DNA from: Candidatus Obscuribacteraceae bacterium
Lineage (GTDB): Bacteria; Cyanobacteriota; Vampirovibrionia; Obscuribacterales; Obscuribacteraceae
Assembly (NCBI GenBank): GCA_044226015.1
Contig: JBGAHS010000005.1
Span: forward strand, 64,001 to 128,000
DNA: 64,000 bases
Reading direction: 5' to 3'
Notes under the pieces: generated by a model
Database searches by the model: none
Seen by the model: the letters and a program-made list of their open reading frames with translations, nothing else
Told to the model about the DNA's origin: nothing
Made by a program: the position numbers and the translations under genes
Part shown: piece after piece, positions 1 to 8,518 of the stretch
Numbering within the stretch: position 1 is the first letter of the stretch
Layout of the letters: each line of letters starts with the position of its first letter

Positions 1-52
1 ATAGCACAGAGTGAGAAGTCGAGGCACTTAACAAGTTCCTGGGTGGTGAAGT

Positions 53-1096
53 ATGACAATGAAAGTAATAGTTTCTGTGGAAGACCCTTTTTTCGGGGCA
101 TCCATCGTGAATTTCGTGAAGGCTCATGATTGGGATGCCGACACAGAGTTTCATGTGCTTAATGTTATTGAGCCTTACATCACCGACACTAGTAATCCTG
201 CGCTAGCTCAGGCGCCCTTGTCCAGGCTTTTTGCAATTTCCGAAAATCAAGTCTTAGAAGTGGCAAGCAAGTTGCTGACTGGAGTAGCGGAAGGTATTGC
301 GAATAAGTTTGGAAACAACACTATCGTTACCAAAGTGATTAAGGGTCATATTGTTGAAGAGATTCTGGCGTATGCGAAGTCGATTGATGCGCAGCTGATC
401 ATTGCTGGATCTCATGGTAGAAGTGGCTTCCGGAAGATTTTTCTAGGAAGCGTATCGTCAATGCTAGTTGCCGAGGCAAAGTGTTCGGTTCTTTTGATCA
501 AGCCCGATGCATCGATATTAGAAACCTGGGAAAGAGTCGTGAAGTCCACAGAGGATGTGGAAATACTTAAGCAGCTGAATTGGGAAATGGAGCAGCGTGG
601 CTCAACAAGAGTAATGCTTGCGCTTGATGAAACACCACTTGCTGACGATATCGTTGATTTCGCGTTAAAGCACCGCTGGAGTTCGAACACTCATTTCAAG
701 CTGCTTTCGGTTGTGCGCAATCCGTCGCAGAGTCTTTTCCCCAGCTCCCCAGCTCTGGAGGAATGGTATGAGGATGCTAGAAAAGTCAGGCAAAATAGTT
801 TGAGACGGCTCGCTCTCAGGCTGCGTGACCAATATCATTCGCCTCATATCGAAGAGGATTTGGTCTCCGGTGATCCGAAACAGGCCATAGTTGAGGCTGC
901 TAGATTGTGGGGCGCTGACCTTGTTATATTAGGAAGTAGATATCATCGTTCATTCCATCGACTCGTGCTTGGAAGCGTTTCTTTGTCTGTTCTATGCAGC
1001 GCTCCGTGCTCTGTTCTTGTATTGAAAGAGAATGCCACTCATTTTTCAGCAAGCTTAGAGGAGCAGGATAGAGAAACCGCGTCTGCTCAATACTAG
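53..1096 (+). CDS. Universal stress protein with two USP domains
   Basis: Two USP signatures: G..VEEIL.YAKSIDAQLIIAGSHGRSGFRKIFLGSVS...AKCSVLLIK and GDPKQAIVEAARLWGADLVILGS...LVLGSVS...APCSVLVLK. Confidence 0.92.
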   Translation: MTMKVIVSVEDPFFGASIVNFVKAHDWDADTEFHVLNVIEPYITDTSNPALAQAPLSRLFAISENQVLEVASKLLTGVAEGIANKFGNNTIVTKVIKGHIVEEILAYAKSIDAQLIIAGSHGRSGFRKIFLGSVSSMLVAEAKCSVLLIKPDASILETWERVVKSTEDVEILKQLNWEMEQRGSTRVMLALDETPLADDIVDFALKHRWSSNTHFKLLSVVRNPSQSLFPSSPALEEWYEDARKVRQNSLRRLALRLRDQYHSPHIEEDLVSGDPKQAIVEAARLWGADLVILGSRYHRSFHRLVLGSVSLSVLCSAPCSVLVLKENATHFSASLEEQDRETASAQY

Positions 1097-1345
1097 TCTT
1101 CATAATCTACCGCGGCTCGGTATCATTTGAGCTGCAGTTTGTTTCGGCTTGAAACTTTTTATCAGGTGAGCTGACAATCTGCTGAATTCACTTGCACCAC
1201 ATTTGATGGCAGAGGCTTCAGCTCTGCGATTTGCCAGAAGACCTGGAATATCGTCATCCTAGAGAGCATTTTTCGAATGGGGATTGTCAGTGTACTTTTC
1301 AATTGATAAAGAGACTCTCGTGCGGTTGAAAAAAACACAGACATT

Positions 1346-1391
1346 AAAAAGAATCACGGCAGCCACACGTAATTGCCGTGTTGTTTCTTTT
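1346..1391. terminator. Possible bidirectional intrinsic terminator
   Basis: Stem CACGGCA (1355-1361)/TGCCGTG (1374-1380), flanked by an A-rich tract on the left and a T-rich tract on the right. Confidence 0.45.
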
Positions 1392-1476
1392 TGTCTGCTT
1401 GGCATAATCGCTTACGAGCATGTTTTGGGTTAAGCCATGCTCGGGTAAAGGGTTGGGTTAATTTGGGTTGGTGAAT

Positions 1477-1869
1477 ATGCCTTTTGAAGATTTGAACCGA
1501 AGCAAATCGTCAGCTGCTCAAGATGAAGTGGCTCGTCAGATTTTGCAAGAGGAAGCTCAGAGAAGTTTCGATGACAAGCCTCGTTTGAACTTTACGTTGA
1601 GACAATCTCCTGAGGCAATGCCTCACGTCTACGGACCTGTCAAAGACCAGGATCTAAACAGAGACTTCGATACTGCATATCGTGCAAAGCAGCTTCCAGA
1701 ACCAGGTACCAGGTCTGTTCGCGAAGTGCGGGACCAATTTATCGATAACATAATTCCAGGATTTGGCAGGATAGAATCGAAAGACGAAAGTTGGCGATTC
1801 GATTATTTGGACCCCAGTAATTGTGATTCCAAAGCGCAAATAGGGCTTTGTTTTAAGATCAAGCGTTAG
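1477..1869 (+). CDS. Hypothetical protein (~130 aa)
   Basis: ORF with protein-like composition; ATG 1477 preferred over TTG 1468; no recognisable motif. Confidence 0.65.
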   Translation: MPFEDLNRSKSSAAQDEVARQILQEEAQRSFDDKPRLNFTLRQSPEAMPHVYGPVKDQDLNRDFDTAYRAKQLPEPGTRSVREVRDQFIDNIIPGFGRIESKDESWRFDYLDPSNCDSKAQIGLCFKIKR

Positions 1870-1984
1870 CGCAAGTTGAGAAGAAAGAGAATAAGATGCG
1901 TTCTTTTTGTGTTTGGAGAGCGGCATATTTGCTTGCTTTTAGAACGAACTGTAGTGTGAGAAAGAGAGATCGTGGACAAGATTG

Positions 1985-2168
1985 CCAGAGTGAATAGGGC
2001 TTGAGACTGGATTGAGAGCGTGAATGAGACTGAATTGAGATTGAAAGCTTGAATGAGACTGGATTGAAATTTAAAGCTTGAATGAGAGACAGTGATTTAG
2101 ACTGAGCGCGTTATTGATAGAACAGAGTGAATGAGGGTTACAGTAAGTGCGTGACTGGGAGAGTGAGC
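1985..2168. repeat. Degenerate copy of the GAGCGTGAATGAGA minisatellite
   Basis: Several eroded units (GAGCGTGAATGAGAC, AAGCTTGAATGAGAC, AAGCTTGAATGAGAG, AGAGTGAATGAGG). Confidence 0.7.
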
Positions 2169-2206
2169 CGTCAGGCTGTTTCCCTTGTTTTGGCTTTCGC
2201 TGAGAA

Positions 2207-2413
2207 TTACCATTTGCTGAGTGCGTAAGAAACTTGGTCATCGAGAAGTTCGCCGAAAACATCATTCAGGCAGCCATAGCTTTGTGTTTCAGGAGCTTTA
2301 ACTGGCTCAACGAATGTTTGGGGAACGCGAACTACTGGGAGGCTGGCTTCTGGTTTGACGTTTTCTGTTTCGTTTGCTGAAGTGAAACCGAGCTTTTGAA
2401 ATAAAGTGAACAT
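2207..2413 (-). CDS. 68-aa small protein, copy A (MFTLFQKLGFTSANE...VSYALSKW)
   Basis: GGAGA Shine-Dalgarno upstream of ATG 2413; the paralog at 3209-3415 differs only by synonymous and conservative changes. Confidence 0.8.
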   Translation of the reverse strand: MFTLFQKLGFTSANETENVKPEASLPVVRVPQTFVEPVKAPETQSYGCLNDVFGELLDDQVSYALSKW

Positions 2414-2769
2414 TGTTTTGCATCTCCGTGACGTGTCATTTCCAACGCTTATAACTATAGTTTTGGAATGTTCCACTCCTGTCCTGGAAATGTCCTCATT
2501 TTGTCTCTGACCAAAATGCAAGCAGGATAAGCCTTTCAATCATTCGAAGGGCTGGGGATCACTCATTCGGACCCGAGCCCTGACACTATTTGCCTGCGAT
2601 CTCTCGGAAATCCTGGCTGATTAGTCGGTAACGATTGAGTTTTTACTTTTTTTCGCCACAGTTCTTCTTTTTGTGCGCAGAGCTGATCGATTGGCTGCTC
2701 TTAGAACGAACTTTAGCGTGAGAGGGAAGCGAGTGGGTGAGATTCACCTGGGGGCGCCTGCTTCCAGCA

Positions 2770-3185
2770 GAGCGTGAATGAGAGTAGCGGAGTGAGAGCG
2801 TGAATGAGAGTGGCGGAGTGAGAGCGTGAATGAGAGTGGCGGAGTGAGAGCGTGAATGAGATTGGCAGCGAGAGCGTGAATGAGACTGGCAGCGAGCGTG
2901 AATGAGATTGGCAGCGAGAGCGTGAATGAGAGTGGCAGAGTGAGAGCGTGAATGAGAGTAGCGGAGTGAGAGCGTGAATGAGAGTGGCAGAGCGAGAGCG
3001 TGAATGAGAGTGGCAGAGCGAGAGCGTGAATAAGATTGGCAGCGAGAGCGTGAAGGAGAGTGGCAGAGTGAGAGCTTGAATAAGATTGGCAGAGTGAGCG
3101 TGAATGAGATTGCCAGAGTGAGAGCGTGAATGAGAGTGGCAGAGTGTGAATGAGATCGGCAGCGTGAGAGTGTGAATGAGATTGC
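2770..3185. repeat. Minisatellite of ~17 units, mostly 20-26 bp, core GAGCGTGAATGAGA
   Basis: Read directly; unit lengths vary in 2-bp steps and mostly break frame, so non-coding; strongly purine-rich on +. Confidence 0.95.
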
Positions 3186-3208
3186 GTTGATTTAGCTTTC
3201 GCTGAAAA

Positions 3209-3415
3209 TTACCATTTGCTGAGTGCGTAAGAAACCTGGTCATCGAGAAGTTCGCCGAAAACATCATTCAGGCAGCCATAGTTTTGTGTTTCAGGAGCTT
3301 TAACTGGCTCAACGTAGGTTTGGGGAACGCGAACAACTGGGATGCTGGCTTCTGGTTTGACGTTTTCTGTTTCGTTCGCTGAAGTGAAACCAAACTTTTG
3401 AAATAAGGTGAACAT
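3209..3415 (-). CDS. 68-aa small protein, copy B (MFTLFQKFGFTSANE...VSYALSKW)
   Basis: Same SD and start context as copy A; 4 aa differences (L8F, L25I, F34Y, S46N). Confidence 0.8.
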   Translation of the reverse strand: MFTLFQKFGFTSANETENVKPEASIPVVRVPQTYVEPVKAPETQNYGCLNDVFGELLDDQVSYALSKW

Positions 3416-3693
3416 GTTTTGCATCTCCGTGCCGTGTGTCATTTCCAACGCTTATAACTATAGTTTTGGAATGTTCCACTCCTGTCCTGGAAATGTCCTT
3501 ATTTTGTCTCTGGCCAAAATGCAAGCGGAATGAGACTTTCAAGGATTCCAAGGTGCGACGGTCATGAAAGGATTTGACACTATTCGCCTGCTGCTCTTGT
3601 TGGGAGAAGCAAAAGCAAGCGAAGCGCTATCGGTTCGCGTTAGAGAAAACTGCGGGGGATTTTGAGCGGAGCAAAGGAATATATAAATGGAGG

Positions 3694-3722
3694 TTGACAC
3701 ACATACGTGAGTATGGTATGTT
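3694..3722 (+). promoter_or_regulatory. Sigma70-type promoter
   Basis: TTGACA (3694-3699), 17-bp spacer, TATGTT (3717-3722) with extended -10 TG. Confidence 0.75.
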
Positions 3723-3728
3723 TTGTAT

Positions 3729-3960
3729 CAAGGATTGCTCCAGACGAGCTCAAATCTGGAGAGGTCTTTTCTGCGGATCATGCCAAAAGTGCGGGTCTGA
3801 GAGCGAGGGCCGACAAGGACTGCCTTGTGTGGTTTGTGTCGGGGATGGAGCCCCCCTTCGCGATTCTCAGGTCCGCTAGAAGAACAGTTTCAAAACCCGG
3901 CCGGATTAGAATAGCGATTTAGCAGCCCCACCTGAGCCAGCCGGTTGTAAAAACCGGAGC
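3729..3960 (+). ncRNA. Candidate structured non-coding RNA of unknown family (3' end uncertain)
   Basis: Downstream of the promoter with no credible ORF; nested helices 3791-3802/3865-3876, 3803-3809/3855-3861, 3810-3815/3837-3842 and hairpin 3738-3761; the G-U pairs form only on the + strand. Confidence 0.55.
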
Positions 3961-4003
3961 GAAAAATATTCGCCAGCTAAGACGGTTTTCGCAGAAGTTG
4001 AAT

Positions 4004-4813
4004 CTATTGTCGACTTGTGTACGAAGACTCTTTGCTCATATTCCAATCATTTCGGCTTGCATGGGTGAATACACCTTTGTCGTCAATGATTGCCGCAATC
4101 GAGCGATGATTCAGTGTACCGAGTCCAGATCTGATTGCCGACGGGAAGAAAAAAATTCTGGCTGCTCCATCTTCTGTTTTGCCCCTTTCTACAATGTTGA
4201 GGAGAGGACTAAATCCGGAATTAACATCTATAACCTTCTGGAAAACTTTTTTTAGAGTCTCGAGATCGTTTGATTTCGCTAGCTTATTTATTTCCTCGGA
4301 CCATTGCTTGATAGACTCGTCTTCGGTGGAACCAGAGAGAAATTTGTTTCCTATCTCACTTAACTGCTTTGCTGCTCTTTCTATGTCCTGAGGAGTTTTC
4401 AGCGCTTTGTCAGCACCGTCCTTCCCTGACTCACTTTTTTCTCCGTCTTTTCTTGCTGAAACGCTTTTATCTTCCGCCTTCGAAGCTAAGTCTTTGCCTG
4501 AGCCTACTCCTTCGGCAGCTTTTTCCATTCGTTTTGCTGTAGTCCGCAGCAAGCCTTCAAGTCTTTGTCTTCTTTCAGGACTCAAGGAGCGCGTAAAAGG
4601 CTCTTCCATAACTACTGACTCAGTGTGTCCAATTCGCTTCAGCAATTCCTGCTGTTCGAGTGTTTGTTTTTCCATCTTGTTCAGTATCGGTGTTGGTGAC
4701 GTATCAGCGAGCAATTTTTCGGAGGCTAGGCTTTGAAGAGAGTCGAGCTCGTTTTCGTTTTGAGTAAAATTCTCTTTGCGATTATCATCCCAGTTTTCGG
4801 AACCTGTTGTCAT
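4004..4813 (-). CDS. Hypothetical protein (~269 aa, charged and helical)
   Basis: Long ORF; AGAGG SD 7 nt before ATG 4813. Confidence 0.75.
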   Translation of the reverse strand: MTTGSENWDDNRKENFTQNENELDSLQSLASEKLLADTSPTPILNKMEKQTLEQQELLKRIGHTESVVMEEPFTRSLSPERRQRLEGLLRTTAKRMEKAAEGVGSGKDLASKAEDKSVSARKDGEKSESGKDGADKALKTPQDIERAAKQLSEIGNKFLSGSTEDESIKQWSEEINKLAKSNDLETLKKVFQKVIDVNSGFSPLLNIVERGKTEDGAARIFFFPSAIRSGLGTLNHRSIAAIIDDKGVFTHASRNDWNMSKESSYTSRQ

Positions 4814-5016
4814 TGCCAAACCTCTACCAACGCTGCGGAATTAATTAGTAAGGGAATTTAGAGCCCAGACTACTAATGCAAATAAAATATCGCAGGATAA
4901 TGGCAAAAGTGTACCGAATGAAATTAATTGGGCATTTGCTCAATTGAAAGACCGGTGAGATTGCTTCAAAATATTGGGCAATCAAGTACATAGAGCATTA
5001 ATCACTGGAGCGCTCT

Positions 5017-6366
5017 TTGCGATTATTTGAATTTCTATCAAGTTTATTTTGCTTGTATCTGGGTTGGAAACTCTATTCCACTGAATTCTCTTGGGGCAGA
5101 GTATACGTTCTTTCCGCTGTCTGTGCTTGCATCGCATTAGTTAGCCATGTTTCGATAGAGCATGCACGCTGGCAAATGGCGCCGCTATATCTTTCTCTTT
5201 TGCTATTACTTTTATGTGTAAGGTACTCTCAGCGAAACGAGACGTCCAGAAAAAGGATTGCAAGAATTCTTGTGTCTGGCTCTGTTCTTTCAATCGTTCT
5301 TGCTCTAGCTATTCCGATCGTTGAATTGCCGGCACCCACAGGTAAGTTCGCTGTGGGAACCAGATATTTCATACTTACTGATGGCAGCCGCATTGAAAAA
5401 TTAGTAGAGGGGCGAAGAAGCAGATCTATTCCAGTGCAGATATGGTACCCTTCTCAACCAGGCGTAGCTGGAGAACGGGCACCATATATGAGGTCATACC
5501 TTGATCTCAGTCCTTTTCTCAAAGCCTTTCCTTTTGCGGTTGCGGCGAGCCATCTTCCGTTGACTAAGAGTCATTCGATTGTTCGGGCTCCTCTTCCCAG
5601 CAGCGAGTCAAGCTTTCCTGTTTTGATATTTTCTCACGGCATGATGGGAGGAAGCATTCAAAATACAGTATTAGCTGAAAGGCTCGCTGCAAATGGATAC
5701 ATTGTCATTGGAATAGATCACACTTATGATTGTGCTTTTGCAAATCTGCAGAACGAAACGATTTGCTCTTTGTTCATGACTCAATTTCCACCGCCGTTTC
5801 GATTGATTGCATCTATTGGTCTGGAACAACGTATTGCAGATGAGCGCTTTGTGCTCGATCTTATTCAAAAACAGAGCAAGTCTTCGCAAATTGATGCTGA
5901 CCTTTTTAATAAAGCAGATCTAGAGCATGTCGGAGTTTACGGGCATTCTCTAGGTGGACAAACAAGCTTGCTCACAGCTGCAAGCGATTCTCGCGTAAAA
6001 GCTGTTGTCTCGCTCGATGGTGTTACTAGAAGACCAGCTGAGATTAAACAAGCCACTATGCTTCTTACTGCAGATCATGAAGGCACCGAATTTGGTGCCT
6101 TCATTCAAGAGCTAATTCCTGCGCTAAAAGGACCACGATATATCTGGCATTGTCGAAGATTTCGGCATGCTGATTTCACTGACCTTCCCTTGTTGACGCC
6201 GTTTCATTGGGTGATTGGTTTATCCGGTGCTGTTGACCCCTCGCATGCAAATGAATTGACGAACAATTATGTGCTCGCGTTCTTCAACAAGTTCTTGAAA
6301 GGAGACGCAAATACGATTCTTGATTCGTCAGCGAATCCTGATGAAATCGAAGTTCTGAAAGACTGA
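5017..6366 (+). CDS. Membrane-anchored alpha/beta hydrolase (PAF-acetylhydrolase-like)
   Basis: N-terminal TM helices, LPAPTGKFAVG, IWYP, FPVLIFSHG, nucleophile GHSLGG, late H.DFTDLP. Confidence 0.88.
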   Translation: MRLFEFLSSLFCLYLGWKLYSTEFSWGRVYVLSAVCACIALVSHVSIEHARWQMAPLYLSLLLLLLCVRYSQRNETSRKRIARILVSGSVLSIVLALAIPIVELPAPTGKFAVGTRYFILTDGSRIEKLVEGRRSRSIPVQIWYPSQPGVAGERAPYMRSYLDLSPFLKAFPFAVAASHLPLTKSHSIVRAPLPSSESSFPVLIFSHGMMGGSIQNTVLAERLAANGYIVIGIDHTYDCAFANLQNETICSLFMTQFPPPFRLIASIGLEQRIADERFVLDLIQKQSKSSQIDADLFNKADLEHVGVYGHSLGGQTSLLTAASDSRVKAVVSLDGVTRRPAEIKQATMLLTADHEGTEFGAFIQELIPALKGPRYIWHCRRFRHADFTDLPLLTPFHWVIGLSGAVDPSHANELTNNYVLAFFNKFLKGDANTILDSSANPDEIEVLKD

Positions 6367-6400
6367 CGCGGTTGATGTACTTTTTAGCACTTCTAGCAAT

Positions 6401-7432
6401 TTAAAATTTGAGCAAGTCCTGGATAGGACCCTCTGCTGTTTGCGTGTATTTGAGTGCTTTTTGCAGTCCCAGAATGTCTGTTACCGTTGTTCTTATGTTT
6501 CCGCAAAGTGAATCGAGCGGTAAGTCATCGAGATCTTTCCCGAATGGTTCTTCGATTTCTTCTGCGATGAGTTCGAGCCCAACCAGGAAGTAGGAACCAA
6601 TCAAAATCATCGGCAAGCCTAGAAGTAAGGAAAACTCTGTTGCTAAAAGCCAGGGGCAGACGATGAGGTTGAGTACGATTCCCTGACGCATGAAAGCTCT
6701 GTAGGAAACTGCCATCTGACTGGTTTTGATACGTTCGCACTCGCCACAAACTTCGACCAGATTTTTCAAATATTCATCGACTAGTGATTCTACTGTATGT
6801 TCATCAATGTACTTATCGCGGTGCCATTGATTTATAAGCATGAAGATCCTATCAGCGACATGCATTGGCAGGTTAGCGACTCTGTTGGAGGTTCGTTCAA
6901 GTCCAGGAAGAGCTTCGCTGGGTGTTGTTTCTCTTAGATGATGTTTGAGCGCATAGGCAAATGAAATTATGTACTGTCCCAACTTCATTCGCTCTAACTC
7001 TGGAACCCCAGGCAGCGAGCGCAGCTTGAAGCAGAAAGAGCGGGAATGGTTCATCAGCTGTCCCCATAGTTTGCGCCCTTCCAACCAGCTTTCATACGCT
7101 GTTTCTGTACGGAAGACTAGCAGAACGCCGAGAACGATGCTGCTGAACGCAACTGAGCCAGATTCCTTGGCGAGGGTATGTACCAGATCTTTGTCGATGA
7201 AAATGTCGACAAGATAGGTATAAATCGCCATGAAGAAGAGGTAGAGCCATACTCGCTTGAACACCGGAACTTTGTGAAATCTGGTAAACGCACGAATCCA
7301 ATCACCAGCCTGAGCATCTCTTATGCCAGATTGCTTCAAGCCCTCGATTATAGGGCTGGCTTTGCTTGTGTTTTGATTGTCCTGATTGTTTTCCAAAATA
7401 AAGTACCGGCGGGCAAGAGTCGCGCATGTCAA
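6401..7432 (-). CDS. Bestrophin family anion channel (YneE-like)
   Basis: LGVLLVFRT..AY..W.EGRKLWG, CERIKT, IEEPFG.D.DDLPLD. Confidence 0.92.
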   Translation of the reverse strand: MTCATLARRYFILENNQDNQNTSKASPIIEGLKQSGIRDAQAGDWIRAFTRFHKVPVFKRVWLYLFFMAIYTYLVDIFIDKDLVHTLAKESGSVAFSSIVLGVLLVFRTETAYESWLEGRKLWGQLMNHSRSFCFKLRSLPGVPELERMKLGQYIISFAYALKHHLRETTPSEALPGLERTSNRVANLPMHVADRIFMLINQWHRDKYIDEHTVESLVDEYLKNLVEVCGECERIKTSQMAVSYRAFMRQGIVLNLIVCPWLLATEFSLLLGLPMILIGSYFLVGLELIAEEIEEPFGKDLDDLPLDSLCGNIRTTVTDILGLQKALKYTQTAEGPIQDLLKF

Positions 7433-7575
7433 GGAATTATAGCAGGCTAAGCTTCTATTTCAGCTTCCATGTTGTGTGCTCAGCGTTGCTCGTTTACAGA
7501 GATTCAACGTGAATTAATCGGAAAGGGCAGCTGCCCAAAGCTTCTGGGTTTTGATATTGTAATGAAATCATTTGA

Positions 7576-8433
7576 ATGGGAACAATGAAACACAAATTCA
7601 TCCTTGTCAATATATCTGTGATGGCGATGGCAGCGACAGTGTGCGTCGGCTCTGTTCACGCTCAGAAGCATAAGTCGAATCCGATGAAGCGACTGTATGC
7701 TGCACCGCTAGTGCCAAAGGAAGATGATACCTACAAAGTTCTTTTGACAGGTGAGGTTAAGCATGCCGATAGCCTTCCTGCTTTGAAGAGTGAGTTCTTG
7801 ATTGGCTCTGAATATGATGAGGCAAAAGTTGAGAAGCCTCCAGCAACTAAAGATTGGTATCAAGTCCCAAGATGGTTGGCGGGTAAATGGGAGAGCATAG
7901 TTCAGTATGAAGTAAACGTTGATGCTGATGGGAAACGCCACAGAGGCTGGGCAATACCGAGTCACGGCGTGGCTGATTACGGAAAGCAAGCAGATAATTC
8001 TTCTGCCGTTTGGGATTTTGTTGAGGTGCCAACGAAAGTCAAATCTGAAACTGCTACTTCCATAAATTATGATTTGACCACAAAGCAGACTATATTGAAG
8101 AATCAACCAGACTTGCTAGTAATAAAAGATGTATTCTCGCGAAGAAAAGTAGACAAAGCTTCTGGGAAAATTTTGCAAGTTTCGCAGATGGAGCAAATTA
8201 GCAGCATAGCACCACATGGGAAAAATGAAATTGAACTTCTGGGTTCACTCAAGGAGTTCGACGCAAAAGGGCATACCATCGGTATTACCAATGCTCTGCT
8301 CGTGTACAAAAGAATTGAGAAATTCAAGCCTTCGAATTTTGGAAAGAAGAAAGAAGACTTACAAGCTTCGTTTGATTGGTACTTAAAGACTCACAATAAA
8401 ACCGCACTCATTCCTGAGCGTGAGAAGAAATAG
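7576..8433 (+). CDS. Secreted hypothetical protein
   Basis: Signal-peptide-like N-terminus ending VHA-Q; WYQVPRWLAGKW motif; beta-rich remainder. Confidence 0.75.
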   Translation: MGTMKHKFILVNISVMAMAATVCVGSVHAQKHKSNPMKRLYAAPLVPKEDDTYKVLLTGEVKHADSLPALKSEFLIGSEYDEAKVEKPPATKDWYQVPRWLAGKWESIVQYEVNVDADGKRHRGWAIPSHGVADYGKQADNSSAVWDFVEVPTKVKSETATSINYDLTTKQTILKNQPDLLVIKDVFSRRKVDKASGKILQVSQMEQISSIAPHGKNEIELLGSLKEFDAKGHTIGITNALLVYKRIEKFKPSNFGKKKEDLQASFDWYLKTHNKTALIPEREKK

Positions 8434-8518
8434 GGCACCAGCAGCGGTGCAAGATTCCGAGTCCAAGATTCAGAGGTCCAAATTGTAGCTGTGCAAGTTT
8501 CAGCGCACAAGTTTTGGC

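Larger units (their letters stand above)
1901..3598. repeat. Tandem duplication of a cassette (copy A ~1901-2605, copy B ~2664-3598)
   Basis: Shared anchors TTCTTTTTGTG (1901/~2664), TTAGAACGAACT (1939/2701) and TGACACTATT[T/C]GCCTGC (2581/~3575); near-identical 207-bp ORF plus ~110 bp upstream. Confidence 0.9.

Noticed and set aside
1140..1250. Cobalamin riboswitch suggested by GCCAGAAGACCTG
   Set aside because: The upstream GGGAA and GCCACTG core elements are absent and no B12-related gene follows.
2770..3185. CRISPR array
   Set aside because: The inter-core segments are only ~6-12 bp and similar to each other rather than unique spacers; no cas genes in the window.
2713..3267. 184-aa HSHSRS/LSFTL ORF and its 64-aa counterpart at 2071-2265
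   Set aside because: Read-through of the minisatellite; the frame shifts between units, the ORF overlaps the better-supported 68-aa gene, and the two copies diverge right after the overlap.
3780..3905. RNase P, SRP or TPP-riboswitch identity for the RNA candidate
   Set aside because: Only fragments resemble them (AAAGTGCGGG and AAAACCCGGC; TCAGGTCC; GGATCATGCC and CTGAGA). The GAGGAA of RNase P and the GGAAGCAG of SRP are missing, and the TPP motifs are in the wrong order.
3574..3922. 101-aa and 71-aa + strand ORFs
   Set aside because: Non-ATG starts upstream of or inside the promoter and atypical composition; the region is better explained by RNA structure.
8445..8515. Short degenerate CAAGATTC repeats between convergent genes (similar tract at 42195-42240)
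   Set aside because: Too short and degenerate to distinguish from neutral slippage.
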